A stretch of 64,000 nucleotides of DNA. It comes from an uncultured Chloroflexia bacterium (GTDB lineage: Bacteria; Chloroflexota; Limnocylindria; Limnocylindrales; CSP1-4). Positions 48,401-60,235 of this stretch are shown here, piece by piece (the stretch's first letter is position 1; every line of letters starts with the position of its first letter). The position numbers and the translations under genes are program-made. Below the pieces are notes generated by a model that had not been told where the DNA came from, made no database searches, and saw only the letters and a list, made by a program, of their open reading frames with translations. The stretch spans positions 1,227,348 through 1,291,347 of the forward strand of contig CAVSEO010000005.1 of the NCBI GenBank assembly GCA_963727005.1, written 5' to 3'.

Positions 48401-50004
48401 CTACTCCGCGGCCGCGCGCAAGCGCTCCAGGACGAAGGCCGGCTCGAGGCTGGCCAGCAGCCAGCCGGCACGGGGGCCGTTGGTCCGGCCCAGGAAGGCC
48501 GCGTACAGCGCGCCGAAAGCGCGGCCGGACGGCAACTCCGTCTCGGAGGCGACCCGGAAGATCAGGGCCTGCCAGGCGTCGCCGGACCGCGGTGACTCGG
48601 CCTCCGCGGCTGCACCCAGAGCGACGAGGTACCCACGCTGCCCCGCGTCCAGCGCTGCCACTTCATCCGGCACGGCATCGTGCCGGATGACCAATCGGGC
48701 CCGTTCGGGCGCGTAGCTGTCCAGCCAGGCGCGGGCAGAGGCCGTCCGTTCATCGAGAATCGCCGTCTCCAGCTCCGTGAGTGGGGCGCCCTTCTCGGCC
48801 TCCATTCGCTCGCGGATGTCGACGCCGGGGATCTGGAGGAGCAGCGCGAGGTGGGCGAAGGCAGGCCGGAACGCCGCGGCGGCCGCGGCGACCTCGGGCG
48901 CGGTGCCGGGCGCGACCGCAGCCGCCCACGCAGCGAGTAGGCGAAGAGCCGCTCATGGTCGGCCGGGAGCTCGCCCTTTACCTCGCGCCCGGCCGTGGCC
49001 GCGGCGATCCTGTCGAATTCGTCGAAGAGGCGCGGAATCGTGTCGCCCTCCGGGTCGAACTCGATGACCTGGCTCGGGCGCGGCCGGAGGAAGAGGAAGC
49101 GGAGCTGCTCCGGCGGCAGGACTTCGGCGATGGTGTGGGCGGCGACACCCTGTCCCTTCGAGGTGGACATCTTCTTGCCGCCCACGTTGAGAAACTCGTA
49201 GGCGACATTGCGCGGCGGCTCTACCTCGAAGACCTCACGGCTGATCGCGTCGGAGCGATCGCGCGAACCGCCGGCCGTGGCCAGGTCCTTGCCGCAGCCC
49301 TCGATCGTTACACCGAGCAGGCCCCATTTGGCGGCCCATTCCAGGTTCCACGGCAACTTGGCCCGGCCGCCCAACGGCGACACGCGGCCCTCGTGGCCGC
49401 AGCCGCGGGCCCATGACACCATGTCCGGCTTGCACTGGTAGGCGACCGTGGCACCGTCCCAGTCCGTGGCGTAGGTCGTGCCGATCCGGCCGCATTGCTC
49501 GCAGATGACCTGGATCGGCAGCCAGCTGCTGGGGCGTTCGACGTGGCTGACTCGCCGGTAGATGTCGCGCACCCGATCCGCCCGGTCCAGGCCGAGGCGG
49601 ACGTACGGATCCATCCGGCCGGCGGCGTAGAGCTCCGAGACCCAGTAGAACTCGGGCCGGATGCCGAGCGGCTCGAACGTCCGAAAGAAGATCTCGCCGA
49701 CGAAATGGCGGGCGTAGTTGGCCGCGCCGCTTCCCTCGGGCGCGGGGACGCGGGAGAGCGGCGCACCCATGTACTTCTCGATCGCGTCGGGGGTCAGCAG
49801 CGCCGCCGAGTCCATGGCGTCCATGTCGTCGACGCCGTACAGGAACTTGGACTGCAGGCCGGCGCCGATGAGCGCCCGATGGATGGCGTCGTGGAGAACG
49901 ACTCCGCGGAGCGACCCGACGTGAACCGTCCCGGAGGGCGACTTCGAGTCGTTGACGACCTGGGGTCCCGCAACCGCGGCAGCTAGCTCGTCGGCCCAGT
50001 ACAC
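48401..50004 (-). CDS. lysK: Lysyl-tRNA synthetase, class I (LysK type), with an apparent frameshift near 48850-48950
   Basis: ...SPSGTVHVGSLRGVV (class I HIGH-type HVGSLR), ...KMSTSKG (KMSKS). The C-terminal domain continues in another frame (48401-48805: ...ELETAILDERTASARAWLDSY...). Confidence 0.85.
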
Positions 50005-50011
50005 GTGCGGG

Positions 50012-50476
50012 CTAGTGGATGTCGAGGATCTTGTAGGAGAAATCCCCGGCCGGAACGTGGACCACGACCGACTCGCCTTTGCGCTTGCCCAGGAGAGCCC
50101 GACCGACCGGCGACTCGTTGGAGATCTTGCCGTCGCGGGGGCTGGCCTCGGTGGAGCCGACGATCGTGAATACCTCTTTGCCGTCGGTGCCGTCGACCTT
50201 CACGGTCGAACCGATCTGGACGTGATCCGTGCCGTGGGTCTCGTCGATGATCGTGGCGTTCTTGATCAGAGCCTCCAGCCGCTGGATCTGACCCTCGACG
50301 AACGCCTGCTCGTTCTTGGCGTCCTCGTACTCCGCGTTCTCCGCGAGGTCCCCGTGTTCCTTGGCGTCGTGGATGCGCTGGGCGATCTCCTGGCGGCGTA
50401 CGTTGATCAGCTCCTCGAGCTCGGCTCGGAGCTTGACCAGACCGTCTTCGGAGATGTACTGAGTCTTGTTGTTCAC
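50012..50476 (-). CDS. greA: Transcription elongation factor GreA
   Basis: MNNKTQYISEDGLVKLRAELEELINVRRQEIAQRIHDAKEHGDLAENAEYEDAKNEQAFVEGQIQRLEALIKNATII is canonical GreA. Confidence 0.95.
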   Translation of the reverse strand: MNNKTQYISEDGLVKLRAELEELINVRRQEIAQRIHDAKEHGDLAENAEYEDAKNEQAFVEGQIQRLEALIKNATIIDETHGTDHVQIGSTVKVDGTDGKEVFTIVGSTEASPRDGKISNESPVGRALLGKRKGESVVVHVPAGDFSYKILDIH

Positions 50477-50833
50477 CGCGGAGCCGCCCCCGTACTGGTT
50501 CGAAGCGCGACGGCCGGTGCGATCTCCGGCGCGTCATGATCAGAGATAAGGAAACGAACTCCAGGCGCACGTGGCTGGTGTCCTGAAGTTCGGTCGGCGC
50601 GTATCCTAGCCGCCGCCCCGGGTCCGTGTCAAAGACCCATTTGACCAGAACGGAGGTCCCCATACGGGGAGGACCAACGTGCGCTGGCTTTCTGAACTGC
50701 CGCTGCAACAATTCCCCTAGATCGAGCATCCCACAGGCCCCGCCTTCCGGATCCTTTCCCTCCTCCTCCCCGGAAGCCGGGGCCTGCCTGTGACGCCCCG
50801 CAGAGCGGCCTGGCGGCCGGGCGGTCGAGCAGC

Positions 50834-51298
50834 CTAGCGGCCGAGCGAGGCCAGCCTGCCGCGGACCCGCTGCAGCGCGGCGCGGTCGGCGCAGGCAACG
50901 AAGACCGTGTCGTCGCCGGCGATGCTGCCCACTACCTCGGTCCAGCGCGTCCTGTCGAGCGCGGCCGCGATGGCGTGGGCCGAGCCGGGCAGCGTCCTCA
51001 TGACGATCATCAGGCCAGACTCGCGAACGTCCACCGGAAGGTCGTGCAGGAGCGCCCGAAGCCGCTCCTCACCGGTGCTCTCCGCCTCGGTGACGCGGGC
51101 AGGTACGGTGTAGGTCTGGACTCCATCCTGGTTCGACTTGATCAGACCGAGTTCGGCGACGTCGCGGCTGATCGTGGCCTGAGTGGCTCGGAAGCCACGG
51201 TCGCGCAAGGCGGTCGCGAGCTCCTGTTGCGTCCGGATCGGGCGCTGCCCCAGCAGGTCGCGGATCTCGCGCTGCCGAAGCTGCTTGATTACCTCCAT
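50834..51298 (-). CDS. argR: Arginine repressor
   Basis: ...IRTQQELATALRDRGFRATQATISRDVAELGL... (winged helix-turn-helix), ...MIVMRTLPGSAHAIAAALD...GDDTVFV (Arg-binding oligomerisation domain). Confidence 0.9.
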   Translation of the reverse strand: MEVIKQLRQREIRDLLGQRPIRTQQELATALRDRGFRATQATISRDVAELGLIKSNQDGVQTYTVPARVTEAESTGEERLRALLHDLPVDVRESGLMIVMRTLPGSAHAIAAALDRTRWTEVVGSIAGDDTVFVACADRAALQRVRGRLASLGR

Positions 51299-51314
51299 GG
51301 TTCGATCCGACTCC

Positions 51315-52151
51315 TCAGGCGCCGTGCGGTGACAGCAGGACGACGAACACGAGAACCGCAGCCACGACCCGATAGACGACGAAGACGGTCAACGACCGGC
51401 GCTTCAGGAACTCGAGCAGGAGGTGGACGGCGAGGATCCCGGAGATTGCCGCCGCGACGAATCCTATGACGATGACGTTGGTCTCGGGCGACGGTCCGGC
51501 CTCATGTGTCAAGAACTTCCGGGCTTCCCACACCCCCGCGCCACCGATCACCGGAGTCGCCATCAGGAAGCTGAACCGGGCCGCCGCCTCGCGGTTGAGG
51601 CCCATGAAGAGCCCGGCGGAGATGCTGATGCCCGAGCGGCTGATGCCGGGCACGAGGGCCAGGACCTGGGCGATGCCGATGCCCAGCGACTCGCGGAACG
51701 TCAGAGAGTCCATTTCGCGCTGCCGGGCGCCCCAACGATCCGCCAGCCACAGAATCGCGGCACCGACGCACAGCATCAAGGCGATGCGGGCCGGTTCGCG
51801 GACGAGTTCCTCGAACTTCGCCTCGAAGATGGGCCCGACGAGAACGGCCGGAATGGTGGCAATGACGAGCAGGAACGCCATCTTGCGGTTTGGATCGCCC
51901 TTGAAGGAGCGGTCGCGGATGGCGGCCAGACCGGCGGGAATGAGAGTCAGCCAGTCGCGCCAGAAGTAGACGAGCAGGGCAAGCAGGGTGCCCATGTGGA
52001 GGATGACGGTGAAGGCGACCGAATCGATGAACGGATCCTTCCAGCCGAAGAGCCACGGCACCAGCACGAGATGACCCGAGCTCGAGATCGGCAGGAACTC
52101 GGTGAGACCCTGCACGATCCCCATGACCAGCGCCTGGATGGACAGGTCCAC
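51315..52151 (-). CDS. uppP: Undecaprenyl-diphosphatase
   Basis: ...GLTEFLPISSSGHLVL...ILHMGTLLALLVYF...PGISRSGISISAGL (BacA/UppP motifs). 8 transmembrane segments. Confidence 0.9.
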   Translation of the reverse strand: MDLSIQALVMGIVQGLTEFLPISSSGHLVLVPWLFGWKDPFIDSVAFTVILHMGTLLALLVYFWRDWLTLIPAGLAAIRDRSFKGDPNRKMAFLLVIATIPAVLVGPIFEAKFEELVREPARIALMLCVGAAILWLADRWGARQREMDSLTFRESLGIGIAQVLALVPGISRSGISISAGLFMGLNREAAARFSFLMATPVIGGAGVWEARKFLTHEAGPSPETNVIVIGFVAAAISGILAVHLLLEFLKRRSLTVFVVYRVVAAVLVFVVLLSPHGA

Positions 52152-52238
52152 GGGGCGTCTCCTCGGTGCGGTTGTGGGGCCGGGAAGGTGCGCGGGCCGG
52201 CGATCGTTCGACCGCCGGCTCGACGCTTCAGAGCGCGC

Positions 52239-54473
52239 TTAGCGGATGAAGAGCGGGGCCATCACCAGGGTGATGGTTGCCAGCAGCTTCACCAGAACAT
52301 GGAGCGACGGACCTGCGGTGTCCTTGAAGGGGTCGCCGACCGTGTCGCCGACGACGCCGGCTTGGTGGGCCAGGGACTTCTTCCCGAGGACGTTGCCATT
52401 CTCGTCGAGAAGCTGGCCGGACTCGATGTACTTCTTGGCGTTGTCCCACGCGCCGCCGCTGTTGTTCAGGACGGTGGCGAGCAATACGCCGGCGATGGTC
52501 CCAACCATCAGCAGACCCGCCACAGCCTCGTAGCCGAGAAGCAGGCCAACGATGATCGGAGTGGCGACCGCGACGATACCGGGCAGCATCATCTCGCGAA
52601 GGGCGGCGCGGGTCGTGATGTCGACGACTCGGGCGTAGTCCGGCCGGCCGGTGTAGTCCATGATCCCGGGGATCTCACGGAACTGGCGGCGGACCTCGAC
52701 GATGATCGCCTGGGCGGTCGTGCCGACTGCCCGGATCGCCAGAGAGCTGAAGAAGTAGACGAGCATCGCGGCGATCAGGGCGGCCACGAAGACGTCGACA
52801 TTCGCCAGGTTCACCGAGGTCATGAGGCCCTCGGCCGCGGTTCGAGTCCCGGCCGCGATCTGGCGGCCGAGGATGAGGTTCACCTTGTCGATGTAGGCCG
52901 AGAAGAGGAGGAAGGCGGCCAGGGAGGCCGACGCAATCGCGTAGCCCTTGGTGAGTGCCTTGGTCGTGTTGCCGACCGCGTCGAGGCGGTCCGTGATGTC
53001 GCGGGCGCCCTTCTCGGCACGGCTGAACTCGGCGATGCCGCCGGCGTTGTCCGTGATCGGGCCGAAGGTGTCCATCGCCAGCACGTAGGCCGTGGTCATC
53101 AGCATGCCCATCGTTGCGACGGCGGTGCCGAAGACGCCACCCACCGAGCCCAGACCGGAGTGCGCGCCGAGCCAGTTGCTGGCCAGGAGGGCGATACCGA
53201 TCGTGATTGCGGTGACGGCTGTCGTCTCGAAGCCGACCGACACGCCGGCGATGATGTTGGTGGCCGGGCCGGTCTTGGAAGCTTCGGCGATCTCCTTGAC
53301 AGGGCGGAAGGAGCCGGCCGTGTAGTACTGGGTGATGTAGACGAACGCGATGCTGGTGGCGAGGCCGACGCAGCCGGCGCCGAAGAAGTAGATCCAGGTG
53401 GGGATGCCGTTGTCGCCCGTGGCGCCGTTCGTGTTCATCATCGAGTAGGTGACGAGGACCAGCGACAGCGCGCTGAGGATCGTGGTGACCCAGTAGCCGC
53501 GGTTGAGGATGTTCATCGGGTTCTCGGTCTCCTTGCCGCGGATGAAGAACATCGCGACGATGGTGGAGACCAGACCGAAGGCTCGGACGACGAGCGGGAA
53601 GAAGATCCAGGCGGTCGGGTTCGGCCAGCCGGCCTTGAGAGCCAGCGCATAGACGCCGACGCCCAGGATCATGGCGCCGATGTTCTCGGCGGCGGTTGAC
53701 TCGAAGAGGTCGGCGCCGCGGCCGGCGCAGTCGCCGACGTTGTCGCCAACCAGATCGGCGATGACGCCCGCGTTGCGCGGGTCGTCCTCCGGAATGCCGG
53801 CCTCGACCTTGCCGACGAGGTCCGAGCCGACGTCCGCGGCCTTGGTGTAGATACCGCCGCCGAGCTGGGCGAAGAGGGCCACGAAGCTGGCGCCGAAGCC
53901 GTAACCGACGATCAGGAACGGGGCGTCCTTGGTGCTATCGCCGCCGGACAGACCGCCGTTGATGGCGAAGATCGACCAGACGCCGAGCAGCGACAGGGCG
54001 ACGACGAGGAAGCCGGAGACCGCGCCACCGCGCATGGCCACCTGAACTGCCTCGACGAGGCTGCGCTGGGCGGCTGAGGCGACGCGCACGTTCGCCTTGA
54101 CGCTGACCAGCATGCCGATGATCCCGCAGGCCATCGAGCAGGCAGCGCCCAGCAGGAACGCTCCACCGGTGCGAATGCCGATGTCGACTCCGACGTGCGA
54201 CGTATCCGCGACTGTCGCCGTCTCGAGCACGGAGATGATCGCGAAGATCACGACTGAGCCGGCCAGCGCCAGCAGACCGATCGTCGTGTACTGGCGTTTG
54301 ATGAACGCGACCGCGCCCTCGTTGATCGTCGCGGAGACGTCCATCATCGCCTGGGTCCCGGTGTCGCGGGACAGGACATCGCGGGCAAGGTAGATCGCGA
54401 AACCTACCGCGAGCAACCCCGCGATTGGGATGAACGACCTGGAGAAGGTTCGGGTCCATGGGGGGCGAGGCAC
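52239..54473 (-). CDS. hppA: Membrane-bound proton-translocating pyrophosphatase (V-type H+-PPase)
   Basis: ...[29 protein letters not shown]...[16 protein letters not shown]...[15 protein letters not shown] (H+-PPase signature motifs). The listed ORF extends upstream to 54674, but the protein likely starts about 54473, just before transmembrane helix 1. Confidence 0.9.
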   Translation of the reverse strand: MPRPPWTRTFSRSFIPIAGLLAVGFAIYLARDVLSRDTGTQAMMDVSATINEGAVAFIKRQYTTIGLLALAGSVVIFAIISVLETATVADTSHVGVDIGIRTGGAFLLGAACSMACGIIGMLVSVKANVRVASAAQRSLVEAVQVAMRGGAVSGFLVVALSLLGVWSIFAINGGLSGGDSTKDAPFLIVGYGFGASFVALFAQLGGGIYTKAADVGSDLVGKVEAGIPEDDPRNAGVIADLVGDNVGDCAGRGADLFESTAAENIGAMILGVGVYALALKAGWPNPTAWIFFPLVVRAFGLVSTIVAMFFIRGKETENPMNILNRGYWVTTILSALSLVLVTYSMMNTNGATGDNGIPTWIYFFGAGCVGLATSIAFVYITQYYTAGSFRPVKEIAEASKTGPATNIIAGVSVGFETTAVTAITIGIALLASNWLGAHSGLGSVGGVFGTAVATMGMLMTTAYVLAMDTFGPITDNAGGIAEFSRAEKGARDITDRLDAVGNTTKALTKGYAIASASLAAFLLFSAYIDKVNLILGRQIAAGTRTAAEGLMTSVNLANVDVFVAALIAAMLVYFFSSLAIRAVGTTAQAIIVEVRRQFREIPGIMDYTGRPDYARVVDITTRAALREMMLPGIVAVATPIIVGLLLGYEAVAGLLMVGTIAGVLLATVLNNSGGAWDNAKKYIESGQLLDENGNVLGKKSLAHQAGVVGDTVGDPFKDTAGPSLHVLVKLLATITLVMAPLFIR

Positions 54474-54815
54474 TCCTTCACTCTGGACGCGGGGCGGGCG
54501 CAGCGGGGACGAGCGCGCTTGCGGGACACGGCCCGGATTCGATAATCGGCATGCATACTCGGGCCGGGCGGAGTGTATCAACGGCCGAAAGCGCGGGTCA
54601 AACTGCGGAAAGCCCGTCGAGTATGCATCAAGGACACCCGAAGCGATGCGATTGGTCCCGGCCGGCCGGGCCATTTGGCACCGGCGCTTCCGCCGGCACG
54701 GGTGACGCGGCGACGGCGCTAGCTGCTGTCGCCATCGCGCAGCACTCTGAGCCGCATGCGGCTTAGTGCGGCGCGATGGGCGACAGCGAGCAAGCGCCGC
54801 GCCGACCCACCCCGG

Positions 54816-56840
54816 CTACGGCAGCCAGCGCGGGAACGCGCCGTCCGCGGATAGCCTGGTCAGGCCGGTCCCGTCCGGCTTGACGGTCCAGATGCCTGCC
54901 GAAACCATCGGATTCTGCGGGCGGACCCGGCCGAAGACGATCAGATTCCCGTCCGGCCGGAACGACGGAGAGCTGTCGCTGAACGCCGGATCGTCGGTGA
55001 TGGGCGCGGGCGATCCCCCCGGGCCTGCCGTATAGACCAGATGGCTGAAGCCGTCGTTGGCGCGGACCGCGAAGACCAGTGCCTTGCCGGCCGAGTCGAT
55101 GTCGCCGATCGCCGGCCCGAAGCTGGTCGCGCTGCCGTCCGTGGCGACCCGCCAGTAGGACCACGTCCGGTTGTCCATGGTTCCGGCCAGGTAGAACGCC
55201 CCTTCGCCCTGGACCCACACCGGTTGCGAGTCGCCCGTGATGGTCAGCTTCCGAGGCGGCGTGGCGCCCGTCATGTCCACGAGTTCGGCCAGGCCGTCGG
55301 ACCCGCGAACGAGAAGCATCGTCGACCCGTCCGCACTGAGGGCCGCACGGGACGCCCAGGACGACCTTCCCGGCTGGCCGCTCAGGCCGTCCCCGGTGAT
55401 GCTGGCGCTGCCGGGGTTCGGGGCCCCGTCAGTGGTCACCTGCTTCGGATCCGCGCCGCTGATCATCGGGATCCGCCAGTAGCCGAGGTCGGCGCCGGTT
55501 GCATCCCGCCGCGCGATGACGAGGCCGGTCCCGTCGGGAGTGAACGTCGGCGCGTACTCGCGGTCGCCGCCGGTGGTCAGGGTCTGCAGGCCGTCGCCGA
55601 CCAGCAACATCTTCTTCACGACCCCCCGGTGCCGTAGGCAATCGCGGAGCCGTCACCGCTGACGTCGAACCCGCTGACCGGCGAAAGCTCCCAGGTGACC
55701 TGGCGAGGGTTCGTCCCGTCCGGGTTCATCAGCCAGACGTTGGCCACGCCTCCTCGGTCGGAGACGAACGCGATCTGATTGAGGGCGTTGAGTGGCGGTT
55801 CGCCGGTGATGAAGGTCCAGGCTTGCTGCGGGGCAGCCTGGCCGTCTGTTCCGCGCACTGTCGGACTCATGGTCACGGAGTAGGTCGTGTGAGCGGCCAA
55901 GGGGCTGTCGGGCGTGAACACCAGGACGTTGGCAGCCGGGCCGGTCGGCGTCGCGGTTGGCTGGGCCGGCGGGCCGCGATCGTCCGGCAGAGCCACGACC
56001 CTCGTCGACCCCGAAACGGGCGGCGTGATCTTGATCGCCCCGGCGATCGAGGCTGGGTCGATCGGGCCGTCGAATGCCACCGCGATCTGGCTGTGGATAC
56101 TCACCCCCGCCACGTCTGCGGCGGGAACCAGCGTCGTGACTCGCAGGCCGATGCCGACGGTTCGGAAGGTGGTCACGTAGTCGGGCAGCCGGCTGCCGTC
56201 CGTGTCGACCGCCGGGTCGCCGATCGTGAGCTTGTACTCGGTTCCGTACAGAAACGGTCGCGACGGCGTGATCGTCATGACCGCGCCCTTCCATGAGACC
56301 TGATAGCCGACGCTGGGCTCGATCTTCAGGCCGGAGACGACCGCCTGGGGGTCCATGAGCCGGTCGAACGTGATCTGGATGGGCGACTCCACCGCGACCG
56401 AGGCGGCACCGAGACCCGGCGACACGGTCGTGACGGAGGGCGGGCCGACCGTCGTGAAGTCGAGATCGCCGGTTCCACCTTGCGTATTCCCGGATTTGTC
56501 CTGGACCCCGGCCGCCATGTGGACGTGGAACGGCGTCGATGGAGGCAGCTTGGCGGACGGCGTGACGATCAGCTTCTGGCCTTGCCAGTGGAACGCGTAC
56601 GGAACGTAAGGTGAGATCGAGAACGCGGCCTCGGCGGTCTCCTGCTTGACCTCCTTGCTGAAGTCGATGTCGATCGCCGTCAGGGTCAGCGCCTGGCCTC
56701 CGGTCGCGGTGCTGCTGACGCGGATGACATAGGTTGGCGGGAGCCTGTCGACCACGGCCGCGTTGTAGATGATCGCCACCAAAACGACTAGGGCGGTCGA
56801 GGCGGACGCGAGCCTCAGGAACCGGCCGCTCCTGAGCCAG
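54816..56840 (-). CDS. Membrane-anchored surface protein with Ig-like domains and a C-terminal TolB-like (PD40) beta-propeller; frameshift near 55619
   Basis: Transmembrane anchor LASASTALVVLVAIIYNAAVV, then repeated Ig-like stretches, then ...IAFVSDRGGVANVWLMNPDGTNPRQVT... / ...TFTPDGTGLVIARRD... (PD40 repeats). The C-terminal 267 aa are in a second frame. Confidence 0.55.
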
Positions 56841-56902
56841 CTCAGACGTTTTGGGAGGTCCACAGGGCAGGACGATAGCACAGCCCCTATACTCGCGAAC
56901 TT

Positions 56903-57550
56903 GTGAACCGTCGAACGCTCGGCTGCCTCTTCGAGCTGCTGGAGACGTTGCTTCTCACCCTCATCGTCTTCCTCGTCGTCCAGCTCTTCGCTGCCCAGCC
57001 ATACCAGGTCCAGCAGGAATCCATGGAGAACACGCTGATGCCGAATCAGTACGTTCTCGTGGATAAGTTGAGTCCGCGTTTCGACCCCTACCACCGCGGC
57101 GACATCGTCGTCTTCACCCCGCCGGCGACGTGGCTGCACGGCCCCCCGGGCACCCCGTACATCAAGAGGGTTATCGGGATAGGGGGCGATACCGTCGCCA
57201 TCCAGGCAGGCCACGTCCTGGTCAACGGCGTACAGCTCAGCGAACCGTACGTCTTCCAGGACCAGCCGACGCAGGTGAGCGGAAGCGAAAGCAAGACGTG
57301 GACGCTCTCGTCGACCCAGCTCTTCGTGATGGGCGACCACAGGCAGGCGTCGCAGGATTCCCGCGATTTCGGCCCGATCGACAAGTCGGAGGTCATCGGC
57401 CGGGCCTGGATCCGCTACTGGCCGCTGAGCCAGTTCGGATTGATCCCGCAGGCCAAAGCCGACGGCAGCTCCGAGCGGGTCACCGGCGTCGTCCCCGTCT
57501 CCATGACCGGTCCGCGCGGCCGGATGGTCGCCGCCGCCAGCGCCGCATGA
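56903..57550 (+). CDS. lepB: Signal peptidase I
   Basis: ...QESMENTLMPNQYVLVDK... (catalytic Ser box SMxxTL), ...YIKRVIGIGGDTV...GDHRQASQDSRDFGPI (Lys box and box E). Confidence 0.85.
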   Translation: MNRRTLGCLFELLETLLLTLIVFLVVQLFAAQPYQVQQESMENTLMPNQYVLVDKLSPRFDPYHRGDIVVFTPPATWLHGPPGTPYIKRVIGIGGDTVAIQAGHVLVNGVQLSEPYVFQDQPTQVSGSESKTWTLSSTQLFVMGDHRQASQDSRDFGPIDKSEVIGRAWIRYWPLSQFGLIPQAKADGSSERVTGVVPVSMTGPRGRMVAAASAA

Positions 57551-60177
57551 TCGATCTGGCAGTCGTCGCGGCCCTCGCGGTCCTCGCCGGCGGGATCGTT
57601 GCCGTCACCGCCCGGGCCGGTTGGGCGATCGCCGTGGGACTGGCCGTGGCTATTGCCGCGGCTCCGCTGGCCGCCTCTCCCGCGCCCGGTCCGCTGAGTC
57701 TTGCCGCCCGAGTCGCCGGGGCGATCCTGGCCGGGTATCTCCTGTGGGTAGGAACCCGCGTGAAGGCGATCCGCGGCGATGGCTCGGCCGTGGGCCTTGC
57801 CGCCGAAACGGCAATCGCTGCCGCGGCATTCCTGATCGGTCTTTGGATCGCCCCCGTGAAGCCGCTGCCGGGGCCCGCGGCGGAGCAGGCCGCCGGTCTT
57901 GCGCTCGTGGCCCTGGCCGTGGTTCCTCTCAGCGAGAGGAACGTGCTGCGAGTGGGAATCGGAGTCGCCCTGCTGGCGGTGGGCCTCTCGATGCTGGGCG
58001 AGGCCTGGCTCGGCCCCGCGCAACCGTTCGCTCAGTTGGCGCTGGCGGCACTTCTCGTGGCGATCCTGGGAGCAACGAGCGCACTGGCCGTACCGGCGGC
58101 CGAGATGCGGAGCCATGGGGCGCACCGGTCCGCCGCGGAAGCGGGCGCGGGCGGTGCCGAGGGCGCTATGGCAGGCGCGGGCGCGGGCGGCTGCCGAGGC
58201 GACCGACGCGGGGCGGTGCCGGCGTACCCGCGGCACCCGATGCGTGGGCCGGGCTCCCGCCTCTCCGACCGGCTCCGCGGGCGGGGTCGATGGTCAGGCG
58301 GACGAGGCATCCTCGCGGTAGCGAGCCACCCCGATGACCCTGGCAGCGTTCCTGGTGGTGTGCGCGGGCGGTGCCGCACTGGGCCAGATGACCGGAACCT
58401 TCCGGCGGCTCGGCCCGCTCGCTACCCTCGCCGGTCTCGCGGCCGCCTGCGCAACCGCGCTCCTAATCGGTCCGACGGACGGAGTGACAGTCGGCGACGT
58501 GCGTCTCTCCGGCAGCACGTACGCGAGTGCGTTCCTTGCCGTTGCCGTGGCCGCATGCCTGCTTCTCTGGCTGGTGCGGTTGGGGTCGGGCGGCGGGTCC
58601 GATCGCCTGGCGCCGGCAACCATGGCGGTGTTCGGCGGTCTCGGGATCGCACTCACGGCCGCGGACGCGCGAGTGGCACTGACGGCGGTGGCTGCCGCGG
58701 CCGTGGCCGGGACCGCCGTCTCGGTCGGGGGCGGGAACGCGAGCGAGGACTCTGACAACCGATTGTCCGAGGCCCGCACGATGGCCCTGCTGGTCGCCAG
58801 CCTGCTCTTCGCCTCCATCGCCGTCTCTCGCCCAGCTTGGACCGACCAGGACGGCCCCGTCTTCGTCCTTGGCCTTCTCGGCCTGGCTGCGGCTCTGGCG
58901 GTCCGAAGCGGGTCGGTGCCCGTTCCACGTGCCGGCAGCCCGGCTGGCCAAGAGCGGACCCTCGATGGCACCCGCGCTTCTGCTCGTCTGGATCCCCGCC
59001 GGCCTCGGTCTCGTTGCCTTGAGCTGGAGCACGACCACGTTCGGTCTCCGCAGCGACGCGCTGGCCGCCACGGTAACCGCAATCCAGGTCGTGGCAGTGG
59101 CGACGCTCATCCTCGGCGCCGTCGGGGCCTTGCTCCACGACGATCTCACGGAGATCGCCGTCTACTCGGTAGTCGGCGACTCGGGATTTCATCCTGCTCG
59201 CCCTGGCGTCGCGCAATGCGGGCGCCGCCGAGCCCGCTCGGCTGTGGCTCCTGGCGTTCCTCGCGGCCAAGACGGGTTTCGTCGCCTGGGCGGTTGCGGC
59301 CTCCCACGCCTTCGGATCCGCGGACCTCCGCGAGCTGTACGGTTGGCTGAGACGGACTCCCCTCCTGGGCCTGGCTCTGATCGCCATAGCCGCGGCCACA
59401 CTGGGCTGGCCGGGCAGCCCCGTGTACGAGGCACGCTCGACGCTGATCGCACTGGCCCTGCCCGGTTCTTTCGGCTTGCTCGGCCCGGCGGTAATCGCGC
59501 TGGCCCTTCTCTGCTACGGCCGGCTGCTGCTCGTCGGTCTGCTCACGCCGTCCGAGGCGGTGAGGGCGGCCGCGGGCGAGCGTCCTCGCTGGTCGCGGGC
59601 CCGGCCGCCGGTCGCTGCCGAGGTCGCCGCGCCGGTCGCTGCCGAGGCCACTGCCCCAGCCACAGCCACAGCCAAAGCCCCGTCCAAGCCGAAGAAACGC
59701 ACTTCGCGCGCGGCTGCCGCGGCCGAGCTCCTGCCGGCCACGACGGCACCGCCGGCGCCACCGCCGGACGAAGCCACGACGGCGCCCGAGTCGCCTGCCG
59801 GCCCCGGCTGGCGCGAAAGGCTGGTTCTGACCTGGGGTCTGAACGGGACTCTGAGGGTCAGCTTTGCCGTCCTTGCGGCAGCAGCCCTGTCGCTGACCCT
59901 TGCCCTCGGCGGCCTGGGCGCCTCGAACGCCTCGCGCAGTGGGATCCCGTTCGATGCCGCCGCCAACTCCACGCCACGGCCAACACCCAGCCCGACGCCG
60001 GCTCCGACCCCATCGCCCGAGCCGACGTTCGCGCCGGTCGGGTCGCACAACCCGGGGACCTCGGGAGGTCCGGGCGCGTCGATCTCGCCGAGCGGTAGCG
60101 GGGGCCCGTCGAGCTCACCGAGCGGCAGCGGGGGGCCGACGAGATCGTCGGTGCCGGCTCCCCTGCCCATTCGCTAG
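57547..60177 (+). CDS. One or two polytopic membrane proteins of unknown function, read across several frames (at least 3 apparent frameshifts); Pro/Ser/Thr/Gly-rich C-terminal tail
   Basis: MIDLAVVAALAVLAGGIVAV... (ATGA overlap with lepB), then MTLAAFLVVCAGG..., ...LTEIAVYSVVGDSGF | ILLALASRNAGAAEPARLWLLAFLAAKTGFVAWAVAA..., and a tail TPSPTPAPTPSPEPT...GSGGPSSSPSGSGGP. There is a weak resemblance to NuoN/MnhD-type transmembrane helices, but the conserved His is absent. Confidence 0.35.
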
Positions 60178-60235
60178 GAGCCCGATCAGGCCGCCGGCTG
60201 GACCGGCGGCGTCCTCTAGAGAACGCCGCGCTCGA

